Shown: positions 26,361-35,599 of the stretch, piece by piece
How positions within the stretch are numbered: position 1 is the stretch's first letter
Layout of the letters: every line of letters starts with the position of its first letter
NCBI GenBank assembly: GCA_913044215.1
Contig: CAJWOT010000001.1
Location: forward strand, 1 to 50,752
Length of the DNA: 50,752 nt
Reading direction: 5' to 3'
Source: an uncultured Rhodospirillaceae bacterium
GTDB lineage: Bacteria; Pseudomonadota; Alphaproteobacteria; UBA8366; GCA-2717185
Notes under the pieces: model-generated
What the model was told of the DNA's origin: nothing
Databases searched by the model: none
What the model saw: only the letters and a program-made list of their open reading frames with translations
Position numbers and translations under genes: made by a program

Positions 26361-27785
26361 ATGGCGCATTCATTTTCATTCTTATCCGACCGAGAAGCGC
26401 GCCTTTTGGCGACGTCCGGGGATACAAGCTTTACCGGTGTGGATGAGGAGCTTGTAGACGCGAAGCCGCTGTTCAGCCTCTTTGCCGTCGATGATCGGGC
26501 GACGGTCATGGCGGCGCTGACGTAGGCTAACGCACAAGCGGAAATCGAACTGCCGGAGCTGCGGATCCTCAGCGGGGGCGATCAAGAAGCCGCATTCGAC
26601 ATAACGATCCAACCGGCAGGACCCGACAAATTCTGGATTCTGTTTGTCTTGTCGCCCAACCAGCCGGGTCCGGCGAGGCCGGCGCAAAAGGAAGACTTCC
26701 TCGACGCGGTTGCCGAGCGTCTGGGTGTGGCCGACGCGCCAGCCATGCAGATGAGCATGGTCGATTTCGAAGCGTTGCGCGATACCGAGCTGAGGGAAAA
26801 ACTTGGTGATGATGCGATGCAGGATTTCCGGTCGAGCATCGTAGGTGCTTTGACGGAAGTCGCGGTCGATGGGCAGGTCTGCAGGCTGGATGCCACGAGC
26901 CACGGTGTATTGAGCCCGATCGATCAGGATCAGGACCAAATGATAGCGACGGTTGCAGAGGCGACCGAGGAATTCGGGGTTAGCGAATCCGATCTCGGGA
27001 CTGCAGTTGAAAGCGTGGAACTCGATGTCGATGCCGATGCAGAGCCTGAAGATCTCCGCGGACTCTTATCTCATACAGCACATAAATTTTATCAAACTGT
27101 TCGCAAAGGGACGCCCTTTGGCACGGCCAAGATCAGCGAAGTTTCGGAGGAGATCGCCCAGGCGATACAGCTCATCGAGACCGCGCTGGAGCGTGGCGAT
27201 ATTTCTGTTACGTCGCGGGAAGTCCGGCGCATCACAGATGGGGGTATTTCCCTGTACCTCGCCCATGGCGCTCTGGTCGTCGGTAATGAGATCGTTCCCG
27301 CTGACCAGCTTCTGGCCATGGAGGATCACCCGGAGTTGGCCGGTCGTCATGATCGCTACATGGTCGCGATTGCGTTGGAGACCTTCGGTCAAGCCGATCC
27401 GAGTACCCCCGTAATTGTCGATTTTGCACTCCCGACCCTGGAATCCGGTTAAGCGAGCCGGATTGCCGAAGAAATGGCGGGACTGGGCTATCGGATCGGT
27501 TTCCGGCCGCATGGGCTCGACATGGCGTCCAGCCGCTCGAAAGGCGCGCGGCAGGTTTATCAGCTGTTAAAGGAAGGGGTGCCGGTCTGGCTGATGAATT
27601 TCGCCACTGCGATTTCCAAGACCCGCCGGCTGCGCGGCGCCTATGTCAAAGTATCGGCGACCTTTTTGCGCGATCTGAGCTTCCAGCCTGAGCGCAACAA
27701 GCTGATTTCCCGTTTTCTGAAGATTTGGCACGACGTGGAAGTGAGCCTTATCGTTTCTGCACTCGATCTTCGCCACGAAGCCTGA
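26361..27785 (+). pseudogene. Degenerate PAS-GGDEF-EAL signalling gene with two in-frame stops (TAG 26523..26525, TAA 27450..27452)
   Basis: A single frame runs from the ATG at 26361. It covers a PAS-like block ('LFSLFAVDDRATVMAALT*ANAQAEIELPELRIL...KFWILF') and a GGDEF-like block lacking GGDEF ('MSMVDFEALRD...DGQVCRLDATSHGVL'). EAL-like blocks follow ('ALERGDISV...', '*ASRIAEEMAGLGYRIGF...YVKVSATFLRDL'). The catalytic signatures are degenerate. Confidence 0.6.
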
Positions 27786-27791
27786 ATTGAC

Positions 27792-28595
27792 TTACCGTAT
27801 CGCGAATGTCATGGAGGCCCAAAGACTTTCCCAATCCGCCTTCCTATCGGGTGCGGGATCGAACATGTGGACCGTGTTGAGCAGATAGGCGCCGCGCGAC
27901 GGCAACGATATCGCGGCGCGGCCCTCAGCGTCTGTCACGGTCTGGGTCGGATTCTTCGGGTCCGCTGCGCTGAAGGTCGTGATCGTCATGCCGGCACTCG
28001 GTTTTCCGTTCAATAACAGGCGCACAGGCAAGTTTGCACCGGGTGACAGCATATAGGGATTTTGTTCCGCGACCAGTTCGAAGGGGAGGCCCAGGGCTCG
28101 ATCGGTCCCGGTCGCATCGCCGACGCCAAGCAGCAGCTTGGTATTTCGGGCGTAGCTCTCGACTATTCCCGTTGCCGGTTTTCCCAACGTGCCGTGCTGC
28201 CGCGCCAACGCTTCATAGCCGATTTTTTGGGCATACTTGTCAAAATCGGCGCGTGTTTCGAAGGTATGCGGTTCGTGTGCGCCAAAATAGCCAAAGACCT
28301 TGAGGCCGGGTTTGTCGAACTTGATCCGTACAGCCGGCAGGTCGCCTTCGAACCCACGGACCTTTCGTTCCCGGCCTTGGTCGAGAACGATATAGCGGGG
28401 GTGCCATTCCGTGACAAAGGGTAGTTCGTCGCCTTTGAAATGCTGACCGTAAGTGTGGCGGATTGCGATCCTAGTATCCGTCGACGGCGTGTAGCTGCTG
28501 GGTGCAAGCCAGAACTCATGCGCGTGCGCGTTGCTGGCGCAGATTGCGGCAAAAAGCAGCAAGACCGGGATCGTAGCTTTACGGAGACGGAGCAT
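27792..28595 (-). CDS. DUF4198-family periplasmic protein (nickel/cobalt-uptake associated)
   Basis: Signal peptide 'MLRLRKATIPVLLLFAAICASNAHAHEFW' and the typical 'HEFWL' start of the mature domain. Confidence 0.8.
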   Translation of the reverse strand: MLRLRKATIPVLLLFAAICASNAHAHEFWLAPSSYTPSTDTRIAIRHTYGQHFKGDELPFVTEWHPRYIVLDQGRERKVRGFEGDLPAVRIKFDKPGLKVFGYFGAHEPHTFETRADFDKYAQKIGYEALARQHGTLGKPATGIVESYARNTKLLLGVGDATGTDRALGLPFELVAEQNPYMLSPGANLPVRLLLNGKPSAGMTITTFSAADPKNPTQTVTDAEGRAAISLPSRGAYLLNTVHMFDPAPDRKADWESLWASMTFAIR

Positions 28596-28667
28596 AGGGA
28601 TACACACAACAGTGATGTCGTTCTCGGCGGCACGTTATTCCCGAAGCGTCGAAGGGTAAACAGATTC

Positions 28668-29801
28668 ATGGTCATGAGATTGATCGCGCTTCTGATGTTG
28701 GCCGTCGCGCTTCTCGGCCAGCCGCATGGCGCTTTGGCCCATAAGATCTTTCCGGCCACGGCGACTGTAACCTTCGATGGCGACAACCGATACCGGATCG
28801 ATATCAAGACCAATGTGGAAGCCCTGATCGCCGGTATCGGGTCGGCGCACGAAGACACCGATCAATCGCCGCAAGCTGAACGGTACAAGGCGCTGCGTGC
28901 GTTGAGTGCCGAGGATCTGAGGGCGGAATTTGACGGGTTTTCCGAGCGCTGGCTCGATGGTGTCGCCGTGCGATTCGATGGCAATCGCGTGTCGCCGCGC
29001 ATTGTGGAACTGATCGTGCCGGAGACGGGCGATGTCGGCCGTGCACGTATCTCGACGATACGCATCGGCGGGCAGGTTCCCGACGGGGCGGAAAGTTTCG
29101 GTTGGGCCTACGACAAATCATATGGCTCGAGCGTGTTGCGGCTGGTTCATGCGGCAAAGGACGAGATGACGACGGCCTGGCTTAAGGACGGCGCGGCAAG
29201 CGATCCGATACCGCTCGCCGGTATGGTGCCGCGGACCGTCTTCGAAACGGCGGTGGATTACACGGTTCTCGGCTTCACGCATATCCTGCCCTTTGGTCTC
29301 GATCACATCCTCTTCGTGTTGGGGCTATATCTGCTCAGCACGCGCGTGAAACCGTTGCTGGTTCAGGTAACCGCTTTCACCGTGGCCCATACGGTGACCC
29401 TGGCGCTCGGGCTATACGGGGTTGTGACGATTTCGCCTGACATCGTCGAACCGCTGATCGCGCTGTCGATCGTTTATGTCGCGGTTGAGAATATTTTGAC
29501 GCCCAGATTGACCGTGTGGCGGCCCTTTATCGTGTTCGCTTTCGGTCTGCTGCACGGGCTCGGGTTCGCCGGCGTCCTGCAGGAAATCGGGCTGCCGCGC
29601 GACGATTTCGTGACAGGGTTGATCGCCTTCAATGTCGGTGTGGAGTTCGGCCAGCTCGCGACGATCGCGATCGCCTGGTTCCTGACGGGGCTATGGTTTC
29701 GTGAACGAAGCTGGTATCGCACTGGGATCGTCTATCCCGGTTCCGCGGGGATCGCGCTGATCGGTGCCTACTGGACGGTGGAAAGGGTTTTCTTCGCATA
29801 A
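28668..29801 (+). CDS. HupE/UreJ-family membrane protein with an N-terminal periplasmic domain
   Basis: Signal peptide, then a ~190-aa soluble part, then 'GFTHILPFGLDHILFVLGL...AHTVTLALG...LLHGLGFAG...NVGVEFGQL'. Confidence 0.8.
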   Translation: MVMRLIALLMLAVALLGQPHGALAHKIFPATATVTFDGDNRYRIDIKTNVEALIAGIGSAHEDTDQSPQAERYKALRALSAEDLRAEFDGFSERWLDGVAVRFDGNRVSPRIVELIVPETGDVGRARISTIRIGGQVPDGAESFGWAYDKSYGSSVLRLVHAAKDEMTTAWLKDGAASDPIPLAGMVPRTVFETAVDYTVLGFTHILPFGLDHILFVLGLYLLSTRVKPLLVQVTAFTVAHTVTLALGLYGVVTISPDIVEPLIALSIVYVAVENILTPRLTVWRPFIVFAFGLLHGLGFAGVLQEIGLPRDDFVTGLIAFNVGVEFGQLATIAIAWFLTGLWFRERSWYRTGIVYPGSAGIALIGAYWTVERVFFA

Positions 29802-29811
29802 AACATGTCGC

Positions 29812-30414
29812 TTACTCCGCATGCTTGACGCTGTCGAGATAGGCGATCCAATGGTCTGGTAGGGCGTGGGCTCGGGCGCCGTCGCGCAACAGCGTTATGT
29901 AGCGTAAGGATGGGTTCCCATCTTTCGGATTGCCTTCCGCAACATATGAGATTGCCAGCACGGTTCGGCCGTCGGCATCTTCGACCGGCAGTTCGACAGG
30001 TTGATAACGCGGGCCGGGCACACCCTCGGTGACGTTGAGGCGGACCAATTCGCGCAAGGTAATGCGGTATAGAACGCCCCAGACTTCGCTTTCCGGGTCG
30101 GCTTGAATATTGGCGGGGGCAGCTCGCCCTCGTGGAAAGCCGTCGAGATTGAAGCGCAACCGGTAGCCGGGCAGCCGGCCAACCCGCCGCTCGGTTGGTC
30201 GCATTCGGCGCCGTTCGATAAACGCGCTGTCATGCATGTTGGCGCCATAGGCGAAATACCAGACCACGTCTTCCGGCCGGCCATCGAGGCGCAGGCCCCA
30301 GCTGCGATACCAGAGCTGGGCCAGCGGCCAGGCGCGGGTTGCGATCGAGACCCAGAGGCGCCGTGCTCTTCTGGGCGCACGAATGCGGTTTCGTTGCGAC
30401 GGGTTGTACATCAT
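29812..30414 (-). CDS. Gamma-glutamylcyclotransferase (AIG2/GGCT-like) family protein
   Basis: 'YFAYGANMHDSAFIERR...GYRLRFN...VWGVLYRI'. The ~50-aa basic N-terminal extension means the true start may be downstream. Confidence 0.75.
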   Translation of the reverse strand: MMYNPSQRNRIRAPRRARRLWVSIATRAWPLAQLWYRSWGLRLDGRPEDVVWYFAYGANMHDSAFIERRRMRPTERRVGRLPGYRLRFNLDGFPRGRAAPANIQADPESEVWGVLYRITLRELVRLNVTEGVPGPRYQPVELPVEDADGRTVLAISYVAEGNPKDGNPSLRYITLLRDGARAHALPDHWIAYLDSVKHAE

Positions 30415-30518
30415 CCGTGGATATCCGATTGGAGCGAATGATTAAAGACCGGACATTTTCATTTCCACGAAGAGCCTCTATTTTCGTGGCCGCGTTTAGA
30501 CCGTTTCAGGAGTTTTCG

Positions 30519-31631
30519 ATGAATAACCAAATGTGCGAGATGTTCGGGATCGACGTTCCGATTTTCGCCTTTTCCCATTGCCGCGACGTCGTGGTCGAGG
30601 TGTCAAAGGCAGGCGGTATGGGGGTGCTGGGCATGGCCCGCATGAGCCCGGATCAGGTCGAAGCGGATTTGAAATGGATCGACGATCATATCGAGGGTAA
30701 GCCCTACGGCATCGACGTGCTGATGCCGCAGAAAATCGACGATGTCAGCGAGATGAAGTACGACCCGGACGAGCTGCTGCCCAAGGAACATGTCCAGTTT
30801 GTCCGCGACATGCTCGACAAGGCGGGTATTCCGGAACTGCCGGCGGACGAAGCGGCCGAACTGAAGCGTGAGATCGTCAAGGGTATGAACTTCACGCCGC
30901 GCGAAAGCCTTGAGATGATCAAGGCCTGCATGAAACACCCGATCAAGCTGATCGTGAATGCTCTAGGGTCGCCGCCGAAGAGCCTGGTCGAGGAAGCGCA
31001 CGCCAAGGGCATCAAGGTGGGTGCGCTGGCCGGCAAGCCGCGGCACGCCATCAAGCACCGGGACGTGGGGTGCGATTTCGTCGTCGCCGTCGGAACCGAG
31101 GCCGGTGGTCACACGGGCGATCTATCCTCCATGGTGTTGTGGCCCAGCATCGTCGATGCGGTGGCGCCGATGCCGGTCCTGGGGGCGGGCGGCGTGGGCC
31201 GCGGCCGACAAATGGCCGCCGCGCTGGTCCTGGGATGCGAGGGCATCTGGGCGGGATCCTTGTGGCTTAAGACGGCGCAGAGCGAAGTCACGCCCGAGAT
31301 CAAATCGAAGATGTTCGAGGCCGAGCACAGCGATTCCATACTGACGACGACAGTGACCGGTAAACCGTGCCGCACCTTGAACAACGCCTTCTCGCGCGCC
31401 TATGACGCGCCCGACGCACCGAAAACCCTGCCAGCGCCGGCGCAGAATTACCTGTGGTGGCAGGAGGGCCGCACACGGGTGGAACGGGTGCGCGCCAAGG
31501 ATTTCCTCACCTACCCCGTAGGCCAGGTGGTCGGCGACATGCAAGAGGAGATCTCCGTTAAGGAGACGGTCTACGATCTGCTGAACGAAATGCTCGAGGC
31601 CAAGGAGCGGTTCGACGCGATGATCGGTTAG
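30519..31631 (+). CDS. Nitronate monooxygenase (NMO/2-nitropropane dioxygenase) family protein
   Basis: 'FGIDVPIFAFSHCRDVVVEVSKAGGMGVLG...VAVGTEAGGHTG'. The ATG at 30519 follows CAGGAG. Confidence 0.85.
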   Translation: MNNQMCEMFGIDVPIFAFSHCRDVVVEVSKAGGMGVLGMARMSPDQVEADLKWIDDHIEGKPYGIDVLMPQKIDDVSEMKYDPDELLPKEHVQFVRDMLDKAGIPELPADEAAELKREIVKGMNFTPRESLEMIKACMKHPIKLIVNALGSPPKSLVEEAHAKGIKVGALAGKPRHAIKHRDVGCDFVVAVGTEAGGHTGDLSSMVLWPSIVDAVAPMPVLGAGGVGRGRQMAAALVLGCEGIWAGSLWLKTAQSEVTPEIKSKMFEAEHSDSILTTTVTGKPCRTLNNAFSRAYDAPDAPKTLPAPAQNYLWWQEGRTRVERVRAKDFLTYPVGQVVGDMQEEISVKETVYDLLNEMLEAKERFDAMIG

Positions 31632-32512
31632 CCCTTTTTGGCGGCGCGCCCCTTTTCCGAGCGCGGTCCCATCGGCTCCGGCTGAAAGGGGCCGTCGCGC
31701 ATCTGCAGATAGGCGCGCACGCCGTCGGTGCGTTGCTTCTCGAACAGCTCTTCCCGGTATTCCGTGTGCGAGGAATGGGCTATGGCGCCCAACGTTCCTT
31801 CCAGTATCAGGGCGGCGTTGACGCCGGAAGCCTGGATACCCTGCATCGCGATCGCCTTGTTGAGGCGCACCGCCGGCTCCGGTACCAGCGCGATGCGGGC
31901 CGCCAATTCGCGCGCCTTCTCCATCAACTGGTCGTGCGGCACGATCTCGTTGATCATGCCGATCCGGTAGGCTTCTTCGGCATCGAAATGATCGCCGGTG
32001 AGCGCCCATCGGTTGGCGTTCTTCCAGCCGCATAAAGCGGTGAACAGATAGGTCGTGTTGGAGACGTGTCGGACCTCCGGCTGCGCGAACACTGCCTTGT
32101 CGGAGGCGATGGTGATGTCGGCGGCAAGCTGGTACCAGAAGCCGCCGCCCATCGCCCAGCCATTGACCGCGGCGATGATCGGCTTGCCGAGCTTCCACAT
32201 ATGGCCCCACTTGTCGACATTCTTGGCGTCGCCACGCTGCCAGGCTTCGAGATATTCGGCGATGGTGAGGCCGGTGGGGTCCGTTTTCTTGCGACCGCTG
32301 TCGCCGGCACCCTGATCGTAGCCGGCACTGAAGGCCGCGCCGGCGCCAGTCATGATGATGACCCGGACATCCTTGTCCGCATCGGCATCGTCGAAGGCGC
32401 GGTGCAAATCGGCCTCCATCTTCGGCGTTAGTGCATTCATCGCCTCCGGCCGGTTCAGAGTGATCGTTGCGATGCCCTCGTCGACCTCATAGAGCAGGCC
32501 CTCATAAGTCAT
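31628..32512 (-). CDS. Enoyl-CoA hydratase/crotonase family protein
   Basis: 'IATITLNRPEAMNAL...MTGAGAAFSAGYD...AAVNGWAMGGGFWYQLAADITIAS'. Confidence 0.85.
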   Translation of the reverse strand: MTYEGLLYEVDEGIATITLNRPEAMNALTPKMEADLHRAFDDADADKDVRVIIMTGAGAAFSAGYDQGAGDSGRKKTDPTGLTIAEYLEAWQRGDAKNVDKWGHMWKLGKPIIAAVNGWAMGGGFWYQLAADITIASDKAVFAQPEVRHVSNTTYLFTALCGWKNANRWALTGDHFDAEEAYRIGMINEIVPHDQLMEKARELAARIALVPEPAVRLNKAIAMQGIQASGVNAALILEGTLGAIAHSSHTEYREELFEKQRTDGVRAYLQMRDGPFQPEPMGPRSEKGRAAKKG

Positions 32513-32523
32513 GTCGTGTCCTT

Positions 32524-33309
32524 TCAGATTTTGAGATTGTTGAAGAAGGCACCGCGCGATTTGCCGCCGGCGAGGATGAAGGACATGTCGGCGCCGCCCA
32601 GGAAGAACCGCATACCCCGGGCGACGAAGTCCGGCAGGATCGCCTCGTCATAGACACCGCCGAGACCGGCGATCTTGCCGGCGCCCTTCGCGGCGGCGAT
32701 GACCTTGTCGATGGAGGCGAGGAAATCGGGGTTGGTGGACTGGCCTGGGATGCCCATGGTCGTGGACAGGTCGGAGCCGCCGACCAACAGCACGTCGACA
32801 CCGTCGACCGCGGCAATCTCACCGGCATTCTCTACCGCTTCCGGCGTTTCGATCATCATCACGACGAGGGTTTCCTCGTTACCGCCCTCTGTCGCTTCCT
32901 TCGGCGGAACAGCCTCATATTCAAGTTGTGGACCGCCATAGGTCATCGAGCGCACGCCCAGCGGTGGGAAGCGGCAGGCCGAATTGAAGGCGCGGGCTTC
33001 CTCGGCGTTCTGAACATGCGGGAAGATGATGCCTTGTGCGCCGGCATCGAGAATGCGGGCGGCCCGGTTGGTGTCACCTTCCGGTACCCGTACGATCGGC
33101 GTGATACCGACGGGCAGGGAGGCTGCGCAGATCTGCCCCGCCGTATCGAGATCCATGGTCGAATGTTCGAGATCGATAAAGAGCCAATGGAAGCCGCAGG
33201 CCTTGGCGATCTGTGGCGCCTCGACCGTGCGCAGTCTGCTGAGATTGAAGCTGGCAGCGAGTTTGCCTTCCTGCAGGCGCCGTTTGACGGCATTTGCGAC
33301 GACGGCCAT
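32524..33309 (-). CDS. HpcH/HpaI aldolase / citrate lyase beta-like family protein
   Basis: 'FHWLFIDLEHSTMDL...IVRVPEGD...ILDAGAQGIIFPHV...MMIETPEAVENAGEIAAVDGVDVLLVG'. Start at 33309. Confidence 0.85.
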   Translation of the reverse strand: MAVVANAVKRRLQEGKLAASFNLSRLRTVEAPQIAKACGFHWLFIDLEHSTMDLDTAGQICAASLPVGITPIVRVPEGDTNRAARILDAGAQGIIFPHVQNAEEARAFNSACRFPPLGVRSMTYGGPQLEYEAVPPKEATEGGNEETLVVMMIETPEAVENAGEIAAVDGVDVLLVGGSDLSTTMGIPGQSTNPDFLASIDKVIAAAKGAGKIAGLGGVYDEAILPDFVARGMRFFLGGADMSFILAGGKSRGAFFNNLKI

Positions 33310-33474
33310 GGCTGAATTTCCCCTACGTTGGCTGGATCGTTGTTGCCGGTCATTCTGCGCGTATGTCCCGCACGTTTCAAACCAAGATCGAGAATTTCGT
33401 TGGCCCGGGGTTGCGGGAAGCGGTGCCGGCGGCAATCATTCGCGCAATCCGTCCCGTCATCGAAGGAGCCTCAC

Positions 33475-34395
33475 ATGGCCGACAAGAAGATCGAATTCGG
33501 CACGACCCTGCGGTCGGTTTACAACATCGCGAAGCTTGCCAAGCAGATCGAAGACCTGGGCTACGATTTCCTCGGCTGCGGTGAGCATGTTAGCTTTCAT
33601 GGCGAGACGGCGAACGGGCTGGTTTCCCTGTCGGTGGCGGCAGGGGCCACCGAGCGCATCAGGTTGATGAGCGCGATTACCCTGGTGCCGCTCTATCCGG
33701 CCGCCTTGCTTGCGAAGATGGGCGCGGCGCTGGATGTGGCATCGAATGGGCGCTTTACGCTGGGGGTCGGTGTTGGTGGCGAGTTTCCGAACGAGTTCGA
33801 GGCCTGCGGCGTGCCGGTAAACCAACGCGGCTCGCGAACCGACGACGCGCTGGAGGTCATCACCCGGACATGGACCGAGACAGATGTGACCTATGAGGGA
33901 CGCTATACGACACTCAAGAATTTCAGTCTGAAGCCACTGCCGATCCAGAAGCCGCGGCCGCCGATCTGGGTGTCCGGGCGCACCGATGCGGCGATGAAAC
34001 GAGCGGCGAAATATGGCGATGGCTGGCTGCCCTACATGTACACGCCGGAGCACCTCGCCAACAGCATCGAGAAAATCAAGGCGTTCGGTGAGGAGGTCGG
34101 CACCGATTTGTCGGACTTTACCTTCGCGCTATACATCTTCTCCGCCGTGCATGAGGACAATGATACGGCGGTGAAATACGCAGCCGACCGGCTCAGCAAG
34201 CAATACGCGCAGGATTTCAGCCAGCTCGTGCACAAATACGCGCTCGCCGGCGATCCGGACAAATGCAAAGCGCGGCTCCAGGAATACATCGATGCCGGGG
34301 CCAGCGCGGTCTTCGTCTCATCCGCCTGCCCGGATGATTACATCGACACCAATCTGGAGATGCTCGCCAAGACGGTCATCCCCGCCTTCCGCTGA
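33475..34395 (+). CDS. LLM-class F420/flavin-dependent oxidoreductase
   Basis: 'GYDFLGCGEHVSFHG...RFTLGVGVGGEFPNEFEACGV'. The ATG at 33475 follows GAAGGAG. Confidence 0.85.
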   Translation: MADKKIEFGTTLRSVYNIAKLAKQIEDLGYDFLGCGEHVSFHGETANGLVSLSVAAGATERIRLMSAITLVPLYPAALLAKMGAALDVASNGRFTLGVGVGGEFPNEFEACGVPVNQRGSRTDDALEVITRTWTETDVTYEGRYTTLKNFSLKPLPIQKPRPPIWVSGRTDAAMKRAAKYGDGWLPYMYTPEHLANSIEKIKAFGEEVGTDLSDFTFALYIFSAVHEDNDTAVKYAADRLSKQYAQDFSQLVHKYALAGDPDKCKARLQEYIDAGASAVFVSSACPDDYIDTNLEMLAKTVIPAFR

Positions 34396-34410
34396 TCGGA
34401 GCGAACTCTC

Positions 34411-35439
34411 ATGAAACTCGGCATGACCACGGGGAGCGGCAATCGCCAGGTTGCCCTCGATATGAAGATGATCCTGGAAGCGGAGCGGCTCGGCTACGAC
34501 ATCGTCCGCACATCGGAATCCTATGGCAGCGATGCGGTCAGTACTGCCGCCTTCATCCTGGCGCAGACCGAGAGGATTCATGTCGGCACCGGGATCATGC
34601 AGTTCGGCGCCCGCACGCCTGCGATGACGGCAATGACCGCGATCAGCCTGGATCACCTGTCGGGCGGCCGCTTTCGGCTCGGGCTCGGCCTGTCGGGACC
34701 GCAGGTCATCGAGGGGTGGCATGGGCAGCGCTTCGGCAAACCGCTCGGCATGACGCGGGAATATGTTGCGATTGTGCGCGACATCTTCAAGCGCGAATGC
34801 CCGATGGAGCATCACGGGACCTATTTCGATATCCCGTACGCCGGCGACGATGCGACCGGTCTCGGCAAGCCGCTGAAATCGATTACCCATGCCCGGGCGG
34901 ACATGCCAATCTATCTCGCGGCGATGGGGCCGAGGATGCTCAGCTTGAGCGCAGAAGTTTCCGACGGCGTCGTGCCGGGCATGTTTTCACCGGAGAAATG
35001 GCCATCGCTCGAGAAGCCACTTCTGGATGGGTTTGCGAAGGCTGGCGGCGGCAAAGGGTTCGACAGCTTCGATCTGGCGCCCGCTGTCCCGGTTTCGTTC
35101 GGCAACGATGCGCAGGAATGTCGCGACAAGCTGAAGCCCTATTATGCCCACTATATCGGCGGCATGGGGGCGCGTGAGGTGAACTTCCACAACGCCAATG
35201 TCCGGCGGCTTGGCTTCGATGGCATGGCCGACCGCATTCAGACATTGTTCCTGGACGGCAAGCGTGACGAAGCGGTTGCTGCGGTCGATGATGATTTCAT
35301 CGACGAGGTGGCACTCTGCGGTTCGAAGGACCGCATCAGAGAGCGGCTGACCCGCTACACCGCGCTCCCGATCCGGACCTTCCAGGTCCGTTTCCCGACG
35401 ATGGATACCATCCGGCTGATGGCGGAACTGCTGGGGTAG
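34411..35439 (+). CDS. LLM-class F420/flavin-dependent oxidoreductase
   Basis: 'AERLGYDIVRTSESYGSDA...GRFRLGLGLSGPQVIEGWHGQRF'. Confidence 0.85.
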   Translation: MKLGMTTGSGNRQVALDMKMILEAERLGYDIVRTSESYGSDAVSTAAFILAQTERIHVGTGIMQFGARTPAMTAMTAISLDHLSGGRFRLGLGLSGPQVIEGWHGQRFGKPLGMTREYVAIVRDIFKRECPMEHHGTYFDIPYAGDDATGLGKPLKSITHARADMPIYLAAMGPRMLSLSAEVSDGVVPGMFSPEKWPSLEKPLLDGFAKAGGGKGFDSFDLAPAVPVSFGNDAQECRDKLKPYYAHYIGGMGAREVNFHNANVRRLGFDGMADRIQTLFLDGKRDEAVAAVDDDFIDEVALCGSKDRIRERLTRYTALPIRTFQVRFPTMDTIRLMAELLG

Positions 35440-35474
35440 GGGAGTCGGCGGACGCTTCAACGCCCCTTCTTGCC

Positions 35475-35572
35475 ATTCTCGGGCTTGTCACGAGAATCCA
35501 GGCTGACGCCGCGTGGCCTTTGAAATATGAACGTCTCGCGGTCGGACCCTGGGTACTTGGGACAAGCCCGAG
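35475..35572. repeat. Intergenic palindromic (REP-like) element between convergent genes
   Basis: Local hairpin ATTCTCG-N9-CGAGAAT (35475..35497). A 12-bp long-range inverted repeat pairs CTCGGGCTTGTC (35478..35489) with GACAAGCCCGAG (35561..35572). It resembles the 'gggcttgacccgagg' repeat class common in alphaproteobacterial spacers (from memory). Confidence 0.4.
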
Positions 35573-35599
35573 TAGGACGGTAGATTTGAAAAAAGCGGC

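Noticed and set aside
28596-28667. Cobalamin or NiCo riboswitch upstream of the HupE/DUF4198 genes
   Set aside because: The spacer is only 72 nt and is shared by two divergent genes. That is too short for either riboswitch class, and no conserved B12-box-like sequence was seen.
31122-32210. 362-aa minus-strand ORF spanning two real genes
   Set aside because: It overlaps the NMO gene antisense and the crotonase gene out of frame. It is Arg/Gly/Pro-rich low-complexity sequence and I judge it spurious.
32467-33315. 282-aa plus-strand ORF
   Set aside because: It lies antisense to the HpcH/HpaI aldolase gene, whose translation carries the family motifs. The plus-strand product has none.
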